Virus record (IMG/VR): IMGVR_UViG_3300025103_000030
Location: 1 to 48,582 of that record
Source: a virus
Lineage: Duplodnaviria; Caudoviricetes
Strand: one strand, 5' to 3'
DNA length: 48,582 nucleotides
Part shown: positions 27,562 to 37,003 of the stretch, piece by piece
How the letters are laid out: each line of letters starts with the position of its first letter
Numbering within the stretch: position 1 is the first letter of the stretch
Notes under the pieces: generated by a model
What the model was told of the DNA's origin: nothing
The model's database searches: none
Seen by the model: only the letters and a program-made list of their open reading frames with translations
Translations under genes and position numbers: made by a program

Positions 27562-28181
27562 TAACCAATCCTAACAGCAGACAATTGACCATACTGAAGT
27601 AGAATATTTTGACTACTACCGTTGTTGTGTTTTATTCTTGCATACACATCTGTATAAGTAGTATGCCCTGTAGCGTCAATAATTCCGCTCATGTTAAAAC
27701 TACCAACATCATTTGCATTTGTAATGTACTGAATACCTTTTAAAGCAGGCGCATCAGTTGTGCTTCCTCCAGTGTTGTCAGTAGAAAGCATTGCAGTCCA
27801 GATTATATTTGCCGTAGCAGATTGTTTTATACAAAGGTTGCAAGAAACAAAGTAAAACCCTTTGTCATACAATCTAATCTGGTCACTTGCAAAGTCAGCA
27901 TCAGCCCCAACAGTTGTTGAAGAAACGGTTCCTGTATCTTGAGTTACATCAGAACCAGATGACCCTAAAGACCAGTCGATAGTTACAGTAGTCCCATTAG
28001 CAATGGCTTGAACAGCAGGTGTTCCATCAGCAGACGCATGGTTAATGCAAGCGTACCCACCCATGTCAGATTCTACGTACTGCCGTAACATCTGCGCCGT
28101 AATAGCGCCAGTAGTATTGTCAGCAAAACTTGTTCCAGTGAGGACTGCCCTAGTTTTTCTTAAGGCTGTAGGTGTTCCCAT
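27561..28181 (-). CDS. Fibre/decoration-like protein inserted between the two nozzle parts
   Basis: N-terminal FADNTTGAITAQMLR segment and beta-rich C1q/TNF-like C-terminus (G.Y.V...L); TAATG overlaps on both sides. Confidence 0.55.
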   Translation of the reverse strand: MGTPTALRKTRAVLTGTSFADNTTGAITAQMLRQYVESDMGGYACINHASADGTPAVQAIANGTTVTIDWSLGSSGSDVTQDTGTVSSTTVGADADFASDQIRLYDKGFYFVSCNLCIKQSATANIIWTAMLSTDNTGGSTTDAPALKGIQYITNANDVGSFNMSGIIDATGHTTYTDVYARIKHNNGSSQNILLQYGQLSAVRIG

Positions 28182-28681
28182 TATGTGTACTCCACGTTAA
28201 ATGCGCTTCCAAATGCGCTATCTTTGTTTAAAAAATATATCGGTTCGCCTTCTTGAAATGTTCCGCTAGTAGTAGTAAAGTATATGTAACCCTCTGCGGC
28301 ATCAGTAGGGAAGAAACCCGCTTGACTATCTCCAGTTATATCCTCTACAGATACAATCAAAATAGTTCCAATAGCACCGCTAGTTCCCCCTTTAACAATG
28401 TCTCCAGAAGAAGGTATATTTAAATGAAAAGATGCGCTAAATGAAGACGAAAACACATTACTTTTAGATGAGCCGTTAACAAAAGGTATCCTAAAGTAAT
28501 CAACATCAGAAGGAAGTGCTTGACCATCTGCTCTTTCGTATCCATCAACACGACTATAACGGCCACGAATATCTACCTCAAAGTTTTTTGCGGCTATACA
28601 CTCCCCTGCCTCAACAGAAAGAACTGGATCAACTATGTTAAGTCCACCGCTAAAAGGGAAGTAGTAACTTTGGGTAGTCAT
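28181..28681 (-). CDS. Tail nozzle / stabilisation protein, N-terminal part
   Basis: F.GGLN..DP......GE...A.NFE....G.Y.R.DGYER.DG resembles the N-terminus of this family. Confidence 0.6.
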   Translation of the reverse strand: MTTQSYYFPFSGGLNIVDPVLSVEAGECIAAKNFEVDIRGRYSRVDGYERADGQALPSDVDYFRIPFVNGSSKSNVFSSSFSASFHLNIPSSGDIVKGGTSGAIGTILIVSVEDITGDSQAGFFPTDAAEGYIYFTTTSGTFQEGEPIYFLNKDSAFGSAFNVEYT

Positions 28682-29367
28682 TCAGTAACTACCACGTAGT
28701 TTGATAAATCTTGGACCTGAGAAAACCTTCTGTTTCTTTGTCCCGGTAATTGATCAGACTCAAGTTTATCAAGTAAATCTGTAAACTCAGCAACAGATGC
28801 AGAAAGAATTTCAAGGGCATCATTCTGTTCTGCGTAGTAAATTTTCGCCCTACAAATGATCATCCTGTGAAACCTACTTGGTATAGCAGACACATCTGAA
28901 TCAGAGGATAACTCTGTAGGAGTTTTCCAGTACTCCGCTTTTATAACTGTTGATGAATCTGGTGTAGGATAAAGATCAATAACATTATCTGGTTTAACAC
29001 TAAACACTTCAGGAGTTCCTGAATCAACTGTTCCGTACTTGTACTGATCCTTGTATTCATTCCAAGGCACATACTCTAGAGGTTGATAGTTGTCAGACGT
29101 AGGATCAAATACAACACAATCTATGTTCCATTGTGCCAAGTCTGTAGGAGATGTGATAGTGGAAGTTCCTGATGATGTAGTAATACTTGCTTCAGCCCAA
29201 AGGTAGTTCCAGTTAAACCATCTGCGCTGTATATCAATGTCGGCATCTTTAATCTGGCGTACAACATCCTTTTCTTCTTCGGAAGTAGGCGTAACACTAC
29301 TAGGCCCTGAACCGGGTATGCCAACCTCCCTAGCCATGTCTTGACAAAGTTGCAGATATGTACTCAT
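28678..29367 (-). CDS. Head-tail adaptor / tail tubular protein A-like
   Basis: MSTYLQL....RE, W.W.YL, G.P..F, LYPTPD, D...IP.RFH motifs; position before the nozzle gene. Confidence 0.8.
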   Translation of the reverse strand: MSTYLQLCQDMAREVGIPGSGPSSVTPTSEEEKDVVRQIKDADIDIQRRWFNWNYLWAEASITTSSGTSTITSPTDLAQWNIDCVVFDPTSDNYQPLEYVPWNEYKDQYKYGTVDSGTPEVFSVKPDNVIDLYPTPDSSTVIKAEYWKTPTELSSDSDVSAIPSRFHRMIICRAKIYYAEQNDALEILSASVAEFTDLLDKLESDQLPGQRNRRFSQVQDLSNYVVVTE

Positions 29368-30437
29368 AAGTTTCTCATAATGTCAGATACTACAATTCTT
29401 GGGTCTATGTTAGAAGCGCACAAAGCGCCACCTATTTCCTCATCTCTATTACATGTGCTGAATCCAAAATGCATTTTATGGCATGGATAACAGGGGCAGT
29501 TTTCTGGAGTAAATGATGTAGTATTGCTCCAGTGTTTAGTCAGATTCTCTTCTGACGAGTGAGAAAGAAATACAGCCTTGTGTATTTTCTTCATGCTTGC
29601 CGCATTTAACACTCCTGTTTCAGGCCCAACAATTACAGAACAATGGTCTAAAAAAGCCATTGTATTACCTATAGACCATTCGCCTGACTTAGTAATAACT
29701 CTTGGTTCTTTCTCCCAACCAACCTCCAGTATCTTGCACATCTCATCGCCAACAGTAACAAAAGAAATATCCTTTCTTTCTTTTAAAATTGATGCAATCA
29801 TTACATCATTCCAAGGCCACACTTTATGCACTGATGATCCAGACAAAGAAATCATTACAACATGCTTTGACTTTATTTTCTTTCTCTGTTTTCTAGCCCA
29901 CTTCTTTTCTTCTTCTGAGGGATAGTATGCAGGTCTATGTTGAAATGGAACGCCTGCCAGTTCGTGAGTAAACTCAAGGTAGTTAACATTACACTTCTTG
30001 TGTATCTCTTCTTGAGAATCGTAGTAGCCTTTACTTGCAGGTACTTGGTATTTTTCCCCTTTAGACTCAACTACTCTGTTTGGGTTCAACAGAAGTGTCC
30101 CCTCTATGGACTCAGACAGTTGTACAAACTTATCAAAACAGGGAGACATCTTCTCCCAGTAATTAACAAGTTGTGTATTGCAAATCTGATTACTCTTTTG
30201 TATTAAGAGTTCGTCTACGTAAGGGTTTGACTTTAGCAGTTTAGAGCCTGCTTCAGATACATTAACACAAACCTTGTATCCTTCTTTCTTAAATTGCGGG
30301 AATAAAGAAGATGTTTGGATGATGTCTCCAAACGCTCCGTATCTAACAATGCAAACAGTTTTGCTTTGTCTCTTCCCGCCAAAATCTTCTAAGGTGTAAT
30401 CGCTTACTTCCTTAAAAGGAACGGTTATTTTTTTCAT
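29364..30437 (-). CDS. Glycosyltransferase family 9 (ADP-heptose:LPS heptosyltransferase-like)
   Basis: R.GAFGD.I, NPYVD, K.WP, VGPETG..NAA, CPCYPC motifs. Confidence 0.85.
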   Translation of the reverse strand: MKKITVPFKEVSDYTLEDFGGKRQSKTVCIVRYGAFGDIIQTSSLFPQFKKEGYKVCVNVSEAGSKLLKSNPYVDELLIQKSNQICNTQLVNYWEKMSPCFDKFVQLSESIEGTLLLNPNRVVESKGEKYQVPASKGYYDSQEEIHKKCNVNYLEFTHELAGVPFQHRPAYYPSEEEKKWARKQRKKIKSKHVVMISLSGSSVHKVWPWNDVMIASILKERKDISFVTVGDEMCKILEVGWEKEPRVITKSGEWSIGNTMAFLDHCSVIVGPETGVLNAASMKKIHKAVFLSHSSEENLTKHWSNTTSFTPENCPCYPCHKMHFGFSTCNRDEEIGGALCASNIDPRIVVSDIMRNL

Positions 30438-30709
30438 AGTTGGTTTAGTAGTTTTTCCTTTATGGTATCTATCTTGTCTTTCTTTCCTACTTCAATGCCA
30501 AGTTCTTTTGCTTTTGATACAAGGGCATTCCTGCCTGTCATACCTTTCTGCTCTTGAACCCAAGCCGTATAGTCAACTAAACCACTACTAATTAAATCAC
30601 CGTTTGTCCTATAAAAATTGTCGCCTTGAGTAAATCTTGCTTCAGGCATCTCTTCAATAGTTCCGTGTATTTCGCCGTAAGGCTCGTCCCAATTTATTTT
30701 ATTTGTCAT
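30434..30709 (-). CDS. Small hypothetical protein with HeH/Rho-N-like C-terminus
   Basis: PYGEIHG...RF.Q...F...G then L...AKELGI.....K...I. Confidence 0.6.
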   Translation of the reverse strand: MTNKINWDEPYGEIHGTIEEMPEARFTQGDNFYRTNGDLISSGLVDYTAWVQEQKGMTGRNALVSKAKELGIEVGKKDKIDTIKEKLLNQL

Positions 30710-30894
30710 TATTCCAGTGGCATACGAACAGCACCGAAAACAGAAGCATTTTCAAGAATAATAACTTCCGGTCTGGTTCCTACCCTCGCGTTGTTGTTTC
30801 GTTGATTCCTCTCAGTACTCCATTCGTTAGGCTCGTCTTGATTTGTATAGCCACACTGAGCAGGGTCTTTATCTTTCTTTTCTTCGTAGTCCAT
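30709..30894 (-). CDS. Small hypothetical protein
   Basis: ATG 30894 with AGGGGA RBS just after the terminator; TAATG overlap with the next gene. Confidence 0.55.
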   Translation of the reverse strand: MDYEEKKDKDPAQCGYTNQDEPNEWSTERNQRNNNARVGTRPEVIILENASVFGAVRMPLE

Positions 30895-30904
30895 ATTTTC
30901 CCCT

Positions 30905-30929
30905 AAGAAAAGGGGGGCTTGCGCCCCCC
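30905..30929 (-). terminator. Rho-independent terminator after the capsid cluster
   Basis: Minus strand GGGGGGC-GCAA-GCCCCCC followed by TTTTCTT. Confidence 0.85.
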
Positions 30930-30937
30930 GATCCATA

Positions 30938-31108
30938 TTAACGAAAGTTAAAAGAACCTGAAGGCGTTGAAACCTTCTGTTTCTTTATACCCATCGGCAT
31001 CTGGTTAGGTCCATGACTATCCAAACCCAAATCAGCAGGGGATGAATTATCTTTTTCCTTTTCAGAAAGGCCGTTTGCAGGGATTTTACCGCTTGCACTG
31101 TCTTTCAT
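30938..31108 (-). CDS. Small capsid-cluster protein (56 aa; not in ORF track)
   Basis: AGGAGGT RBS; MKDSASGKIPANGLS...FNFR; ends just before the terminator. Confidence 0.7.
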   Translation of the reverse strand: MKDSASGKIPANGLSEKEKDNSSPADLGLDSHGPNQMPMGIKKQKVSTPSGSFNFR

Positions 31109-31118
31109 GGTTTACCTC

Positions 31119-31514
31119 CTAGTACCATTCAACTTCAACGTATGCATAACCTTTGCCTGCGGCAGTACCAGAATCAACGCATTGAACATAAGTAACTTCA
31201 ATCTGCGTATCAGCCGGAAGTGCATCAGCAATGACTGCATTCGTATCGTCTTGGTTATTGTAGGCATTGGTAGCCGCAGTCGTATCGGCAATTTCCAACT
31301 GACCATAAGCATTAGGATCAGCGGTAGTACCTACCAAAACTTTGCCAGTAGTAGAATCATCGGCAAAAGTTTCAGTGACATGCAAACCAATATTTTTCAA
31401 CGAACCCTTTTTACCACTAGGTCCTTTGAAACTCCAAGCAGTTCCAGTGCCAGCACCAAAATCAGTTTCAACTGTATCTTGGTAGATATAAGGACGAGGA
31501 TCACTATAACTCAT
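31119..31514 (-). CDS. Putative capsid decoration/cement protein
   Basis: Beta-rich 131 aa directly after the major capsid gene; AAGGAG RBS. Confidence 0.6.
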   Translation of the reverse strand: MSYSDPRPYIYQDTVETDFGAGTGTAWSFKGPSGKKGSLKNIGLHVTETFADDSTTGKVLVGTTADPNAYGQLEIADTTAATNAYNNQDDTNAVIADALPADTQIEVTYVQCVDSGTAAGKGYAYVEVEWY

Positions 31515-31526
31515 AATAATTTCTCC

Positions 31527-32492
31527 TTAAGCCGCGCTGTCCCAGATCACTACACGTGACTGAGCCGCTTGTGTGTGAACGAGGCCGAAACCTCCCAAAT
31601 AATACCACGCAATCCCACGATCCCTTCCAAAGTCCCCCGGAATTTTTCCGCGAATTTCTTCAGGAACAGCAACTGCTTCAGCAACGGTATCTTCACCAAA
31701 GAACACAGCCCAATCGGATTTACCGTTAGTCCATGCAGATGATGCAGTACCAATGCCTGCTTTAGCAACGTGAGTCTGCTCAATAAAGCGAACACCTTCA
31801 TAGCGACCAATTTCGCCATTCATAATCATCTGGAAACCCTGATCAATATACTGCTTGATACCTTCCAGATCATTCTTAAGTGCGCGCCAAGTTGACGGCC
31901 ATGCAATAGCGTAATAATCATCGCCAGTATAAGCCGGGATATTGCGCTCTTTCATCGTGTCTACAATCAACTTAACATGCTCTTTTCCAAGAGCAACGTT
32001 GTTGTTAATAGCACACACACCGTTGGTGGTAAGCGTCAAAGCGGTAGTACTCGTTCCCGCAGTCGGAACAACACGCAATTTAGCAGTGTCGAACTGAGCA
32101 GAAGCGAGATTATCAAACGCTTTTTTCGCATCGTTTTTAAGCACTTTACGAACCACTTCACGAATCGGCTGTTCACTCAGGTCATCCAACTTACCTGTGT
32201 AAGGAACAGAGTTACCCGCTTCGGTGATAGTCATCGTACCCTGAGAAATCGTGAAAGAAGTCTCTGGGATAGTGCTGGTTTCAGTCAGGGTTGCACCCTG
32301 CGTGGCTACGTCGCTAAACACGTTCCAGTGGAATGTATCGCCTCGATTCAACCCTTGATGGGCCGCATCTTTAATGTCACAGAACTGACGGAACTTGACA
32401 ATCGGCTGTACGGCCATTCTCAGTTCACGACTGAGATTGAGCGCATACATATAACCACCGGAGGTATTAACTGACCATACTTGTCCAGCCAT
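31527..32492 (-). CDS. Major capsid protein (HK97 fold, N4-gp56-like family)
   Basis: FRQF.....G...GDT, E.GNSV, GEIG..EGVRF, DFGR..GIAWY.LGGF; follows the scaffold gene. Confidence 0.9.
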   Translation of the reverse strand: MAGQVWSVNTSGGYMYALNLSRELRMAVQPIVKFRQFCDIKDAAHQGLNRGDTFHWNVFSDVATQGATLTETSTIPETSFTISQGTMTITEAGNSVPYTGKLDDLSEQPIREVVRKVLKNDAKKAFDNLASAQFDTAKLRVVPTAGTSTTALTLTTNGVCAINNNVALGKEHVKLIVDTMKERNIPAYTGDDYYAIAWPSTWRALKNDLEGIKQYIDQGFQMIMNGEIGRYEGVRFIEQTHVAKAGIGTASSAWTNGKSDWAVFFGEDTVAEAVAVPEEIRGKIPGDFGRDRGIAWYYLGGFGLVHTQAAQSRVVIWDSAA

Positions 32493-32516
32493 TACTTATC
32501 TCCTTAAAGTTATTGA

Positions 32517-33563
32517 TTATAATTGCCCTCTTGCCTGACGCATTTCTTCGATAATTTGTTCTGGGGTTTTAGGCCCACTATCATCTTCAGAAGGTTTGGC
32601 AGACTGTCGGGCAGACTTAGGTTGTGGGACAATTTTCTTCTTTCTCTCAACTCTTTTATTAGGTTGTTGAGGGGCAGAACTATTATTTGTCCATTCTTTC
32701 GCATATTCAGCCGCCGCATAAATAATTTGTCCCGGTGTCCAAGAAGGATTTTCCTTCATAAGGGTGACCGTTTTATTATCAGCAATAGCCCTAAGATCAG
32801 GATTCTGAGAAATCTCAGGGTACTCCTGATCAAACCAAGAAACTGCATTATGAACTTCATTTTCATATGCTACTTGATTTGCTTGGGCTTGTTCGGCTTG
32901 TCTACGAGCAAAGGCTTGTCCAACAGCCTTATCTACAGCCTCATCTATATTTGGGGTAGCAGTATTGCGCCCCGTCAAGGTCTGTAACAAATTTGCGGCT
33001 TTTGCCGCATCATCTTCATACAACGCTTGATGGTATTCTTCTACAGTTTTATTGTAGTCAAACCCATCTTCTGGCTCGTCCGTGGATGGAGCAGATTCTT
33101 TCTGTTGAAGACTCTGCGCATACTGACGCAACTGAGCCTCCTGTTGAGCAAGCACCTTCTCTTTATGAGCGGCTTGCTGAAATCTTTGCTGAGAAGCAAC
33201 ATCCTTTTGGTGAGAAGATTTTAACCCGTCAAATGGTACAACAACATCCTGACCATTTACTTTAACTTTGGTTACCCATTGACCTTCGTGTTTCCACACA
33301 GGAGCGTCTTCCTCAACTTCCTCAACTTCTTCAACTTCTTCAAGTTCTTCAAGTTCTTCAGTATCGTATACGCCTTCTTCACCAATTTCTTTAATTACTT
33401 CAGACTCCCTTTCATCTACTATGCGTTTAAGCATGTCTTCTCTGGAGCCTTGTACTTCACGATCTACATGTTCTTCTTGCTCTTCGTTTTTAACTTCTTC
33501 TTCTACTACTTCTTCTACTACTTCTTCCGCATCCTTTTGGGTAGCGTCCATTTTAACCTCCAA
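32517..33563 (-). CDS. Capsid scaffolding protein
   Basis: Acidic N-terminus, KVKVNG...V, coiled coil, basic C-terminal helix (EEMRQARG); between portal and capsid genes. Confidence 0.8.
   Translation of the reverse strand: MEVKMDATQKDAEEVVEEVVEEEVKNEEQEEHVDREVQGSREDMLKRIVDERESEVIKEIGEEGVYDTEELEELEEVEEVEEVEEDAPVWKHEGQWVTKVKVNGQDVVVPFDGLKSSHQKDVASQQRFQQAAHKEKVLAQQEAQLRQYAQSLQQKESAPSTDEPEDGFDYNKTVEEYHQALYEDDAAKAANLLQTLTGRNTATPNIDEAVDKAVGQAFARRQAEQAQANQVAYENEVHNAVSWFDQEYPEISQNPDLRAIADNKTVTLMKENPSWTPGQIIYAAAEYAKEWTNNSSAPQQPNKRVERKKKIVPQPKSARQSAKPSEDDSGPKTPEQIIEEMRQARGQL
33309..33361. repeat. 9-bp tandem repeat (EEL/EEV) in the scaffold gene
   Basis: TTC(C/T)TCAA(C/G) repeated about six times. 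Confidence 0.8.
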
Positions 33564-33565
33564 GG

Positions 33566-33889
33566 TTACTCTTCTTTGTACCTTGCTAATTTATTCGCAG
33601 TCTCTCCGTCTGAAATAATCGCATCCAACCATTTTAAAACTGATAAGGGGGTAGCGAGGTTTGAAGATATTTTTCTATAATGTTTAAGTTCTTCTTCTGA
33701 AGAACCGGGCCACTCCTGAAAGGCCATTTCTTGAAAACCATTAATACCTTCTCTATATTGGTTTAATGCTCTATCAAGCAATGATCTCCCTGTTGGAGTT
33801 CTAATAAACTCTTGGGTCTTCTGCCCAATTTGAGTTCGTTCAATTAAGTCGTCTACATTGGGTAGACTCGGATCATAATACTCTGACAT
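33566..33889 (-). CDS. Conserved hypothetical protein between portal and scaffold
   Basis: 107-aa helical ORF in the typical position. Confidence 0.7.
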   Translation of the reverse strand: MSEYYDPSLPNVDDLIERTQIGQKTQEFIRTPTGRSLLDRALNQYREGINGFQEMAFQEWPGSSEEELKHYRKISSNLATPLSVLKWLDAIISDGETANKLARYKEE

Positions 33890-36061
33890 TTATCCCTGTG
33901 CGTATGGCACTTTGTTGTATTTATCTCTTGCCATTGTTCCTGCTTTAGAAACATTATCTTTGTCTACTGGTTCTGACTGCTGTGAAATAATCTGATTTAT
34001 TAAAGCATCTCTTTGCAACATAAGTTCAGCCCTGCGCGTATCTGCATCCTGCTGTTTTATAATTGCTTCGTTTTGTTTAATAGCAAGTGAGCCTGCATCT
34101 TTCTGCATACCCATCTGTTCTTTTGCTATATCAGTTTGTGCTTTTATCTGAGCCGATCTAAGAGAGGCCTGTTGTTTTAACTGTTCAATCTGCAATCTGC
34201 CTTGCATCTTAACTTGATCGTAATCAATGATAGATTGCAACTGTTGAATTTCGGCCTGTAATTGTTCAATCTCAGGATCACCAGACTGCTCTGAAATAAA
34301 CCTTGCACCGTCTTTATATCCAAGTTGACCAAATATTTCTTTAGCCACTTCTTCAGTATTAATTCTATTTTCCATGCCCGGAATCTGAAACACATTTGAA
34401 ATTGCGTATACTAAATTTTGAACACGGCCTACTGGATCAGTAGCGTTCATTCCTACGTTCACTTTAAGAATGACATCATGCTTAAGAAGTTCATCAACAA
34501 GTTGATCTTTACCTGCATAGTTCTCTTGTCCAGTTAACGACATAACAACTTCATCTGTTTCATAAAACTGTTCAAGACGCAAAAGTTGTTTAAGAGTTGG
34601 CTCTACCCAAGTCTCAGAAAATGTTCTCAGAACAAACTCAGTAATAATATTAGTGTTACCTTTTAACAGATTCATGCCACCAACTGTTTCGTTCATAGTG
34701 TTGGCGCTTTGAACTGTAGATGTAGAAAAGTTTCCCTGCAACTCATCAAAGTCAAAGTTAATTCTATCCTGCTCTGCATAAGCAGAACCAGTAACATCAC
34801 GTGTTTCAATGACACGAACATCCTGATCTGGATCATCCATCTCAACTGCTCCACCCGGAACAGACCTAAACAATGCATCAAGATCAATGTTCCTGTCCCT
34901 ACGTATATGGTAACGCTTATTCATTGCCAACTTAATGTTGTCAAATCTCTGGTTCCATATGTCGTTAGAGGCGGCTTGCAATTCCTCAGTAAGTTCTACA
35001 GTGCCTGATGGATATAAACGATGAGATTCAATGTTTAATTTACCCATAACGTATGGGCGCTCACCATCACGCAACCAAGGGTAAACTTCAAGAAGAGGTT
35101 TTGGTTTGGTTAGCATGTAATCAGTTCCGGCAGTGAAGTAACAGTAATCATCACCGTCTTTTTTTACAATGTTTTTATGTATCCAAACAATTTTAAATTC
35201 TTCTATATTTTCAAACTCATCTTCTAAAGGATCAGATCGAGGCTCTTCTCTTGTAAGGCGTATACTATCATCGTTTTCTTTTGAAGTAGAAAGCAACTGG
35301 CTGATTGTAAGTTTGTTCCAATCTCCGTCTTCCATTTTTTGCATTACATCTTGTACAAACATAGGAATTAAATGAATTACATATGGACTAGTAGAAACAG
35401 GGTCATACCAATCAGAAGCAGGGTCAATCCTAAAGTTTTCTGGTTCAACAATTTCAATAATAGGCTTGTCTGAAATAGTAACGTTTTCTTTTTCTGTAAT
35501 AGTTTTGCCATCAATATCTACAACATTGTCTCCAAAAGCATCAACGCTGTAGTAGGTGTCTTCTTTTTCTTGGAACTCCCAATACTGGTGCGATACAACA
35601 GTTCCATATATCGCCGCATCCTGTATAGCCGTTACCATTGTAGAGAACCAAGGAATAGTATTTGTTAGCCTATACTGCATCATAGACTTTGCAACTGTAG
35701 CCGCTCCAATAGATACTGGATCATTTGGATTAGAAGGATATACATCCATTACGTCCTCATTAGAGAAGAACGCAGTAGCCATAGCCGCCTCAAGTTTGCG
35801 AACAGTAGATCGAGTCTTTGGTCTAAAAAGAGTAGAGCGTTTGTCATAAGCAGACGTTAAATATTTAGAGCCAGACGGATGCTTACTGTTAAAATTGGAT
35901 ATATTTTTTTCCCACTGATCTCTTAAATTAGAATCCATATACTCTGTTGAAGAGTCGTATGCTTCTCTGGCAATGTTTAACCAATCCTTATCTTTTAAAC
36001 TTCCAGATACAGATGGTATAGCCTCACCCTCTAAAGAAGGTTGTGGATTAATAAGCGACAT
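33890..36061 (-). CDS. Portal protein (P22-like, with Gln-rich barrel)
   Basis: LFRPKTRS, ENFRIDP, N...NQR.DN..L, ETVGGM.L, coiled-coil C-terminus; position before scaffold and capsid. Confidence 0.88.
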   Translation of the reverse strand: MSLINPQPSLEGEAIPSVSGSLKDKDWLNIAREAYDSSTEYMDSNLRDQWEKNISNFNSKHPSGSKYLTSAYDKRSTLFRPKTRSTVRKLEAAMATAFFSNEDVMDVYPSNPNDPVSIGAATVAKSMMQYRLTNTIPWFSTMVTAIQDAAIYGTVVSHQYWEFQEKEDTYYSVDAFGDNVVDIDGKTITEKENVTISDKPIIEIVEPENFRIDPASDWYDPVSTSPYVIHLIPMFVQDVMQKMEDGDWNKLTISQLLSTSKENDDSIRLTREEPRSDPLEDEFENIEEFKIVWIHKNIVKKDGDDYCYFTAGTDYMLTKPKPLLEVYPWLRDGERPYVMGKLNIESHRLYPSGTVELTEELQAASNDIWNQRFDNIKLAMNKRYHIRRDRNIDLDALFRSVPGGAVEMDDPDQDVRVIETRDVTGSAYAEQDRINFDFDELQGNFSTSTVQSANTMNETVGGMNLLKGNTNIITEFVLRTFSETWVEPTLKQLLRLEQFYETDEVVMSLTGQENYAGKDQLVDELLKHDVILKVNVGMNATDPVGRVQNLVYAISNVFQIPGMENRINTEEVAKEIFGQLGYKDGARFISEQSGDPEIEQLQAEIQQLQSIIDYDQVKMQGRLQIEQLKQQASLRSAQIKAQTDIAKEQMGMQKDAGSLAIKQNEAIIKQQDADTRRAELMLQRDALINQIISQQSEPVDKDNVSKAGTMARDKYNKVPYAQG

Positions 36062-36387
36062 TAACTAAAGTCTCCGTTTAACTGATTTCTATCATCCATA
36101 ACTAAATCACTGTAGCGATCTTGATTAAACTTTCCTCGGTTTTGATTGTATCTTTCAAGAATCTCACCGCCTGCTCTCATAACAGTTTTATAATCGTTGT
36201 CTATTTTGTCAGCGTGAATAACAAATCCCCAGTTTCCAGACAATCTCATAGACTTTACAGTAACTACTCCATCCATAACATGAACGCCCCAAAGCCAACC
36301 GGGATACTTTTTATCCAAAGTTTCCGCAACATTTTTCGCTAACAGATGATCAGTTAAATCGTAAATCTCAGACTTTTCAATATCCAT
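36061..36387 (-). CDS. Conserved hypothetical protein
   Basis: YPGWLWGV...GNWGF...AGGEILER; TAATG overlaps. Confidence 0.7.
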   Translation of the reverse strand: MDIEKSEIYDLTDHLLAKNVAETLDKKYPGWLWGVHVMDGVVTVKSMRLSGNWGFVIHADKIDNDYKTVMRAGGEILERYNQNRGKFNQDRYSDLVMDDRNQLNGDFS

Positions 36388-36527
36388 TATTTTTTCCTTG
36401 GCTTGTAAAAAGTTCTTTTGCCATCATTAAACACATAAGTGGCAACAGGCCTAGTGTATATAGCAGGGTCTTTGCTTTCAACCAAAGCAATCCAAGATAT
36501 TTTTTTTTCTCTTTTTATATTATCCAT
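36387..36527 (-). CDS. Small hypothetical protein (46 aa; not in ORF track)
   Basis: MDNIKREKKISWIALVESKDPAIYTRPVATYVFNDGKRTFYKPRKK; TAATG overlap with the next gene. Confidence 0.55.
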   Translation of the reverse strand: MDNIKREKKISWIALVESKDPAIYTRPVATYVFNDGKRTFYKPRKK

Positions 36528-37003
36528 ACTGTTGGTTTCCAAGTTGGGTCTTTATGTACAACTGTTGATCCGTATCCTTCTATAACAAATATACCTGTTT
36601 CTGGATCATATGAATAAGTCTGCCCTACAGTTGGGGCCATTCCATAACTAGACCAAGTGCCAGAAACTGCCGCCCAAGTAGCAGACATATCGCTCCACTT
36701 TGGAACATTAAATGTAAGCGTTGAGTATGGAACAGTTCTAAAAACTCCTTTAGCAAAGATTGGAACTTGACCAGTTACAGTTAAAGTTCCTACTCCGGGC
36801 GATGGAGCAAAAGTCAAATCTACACTAGGGGTTAATCCATTAAATACTAAGGTAGCATGAGCAGGGTAAGTAATATTTCCCTGATGCGCTATAGGCAATT
36901 TACCAGATAAAGCGAGTGTTGCATTAGCAGGATTAGCAAATCTATCATCCCAAGCATAAGGGATTGTATTCCAATTATAAGTATTTCCTGCCCACGTAGA
37001 CAT
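36515..37003 (-). CDS. Structural protein with periodic Trp motifs (candidate fibre-docking platform)
   Basis: W-x6-W-x6-W at the N-terminus and again at WSDMSATWAAVSGTWS; repeated P..ATL...G..P units. Confidence 0.55.
   Translation of the reverse strand: MSTWAGNTYNWNTIPYAWDDRFANPANATLALSGKLPIAHQGNITYPAHATLVFNGLTPSVDLTFAPSPGVGTLTVTGQVPIFAKGVFRTVPYSTLTFNVPKWSDMSATWAAVSGTWSSYGMAPTVGQTYSYDPETGIFVIEGYGSTVVHKDPTWKPTVWII

Noticed and set aside
27561-28181. Intron, intein or homing endonuclease interrupting the nozzle gene
   Set aside because: The insert is a plain ORF with TAATG-coupled ends, no non-coding flanks for a ribozyme core, and no LAGLIDADG/HNH/GIY-YIG or intein motifs
30709-30936. Longer start (30936) for the ORF after the capsid cluster
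   Set aside because: The extension would translate the terminator hairpin; ATG 30894 has its own RBS
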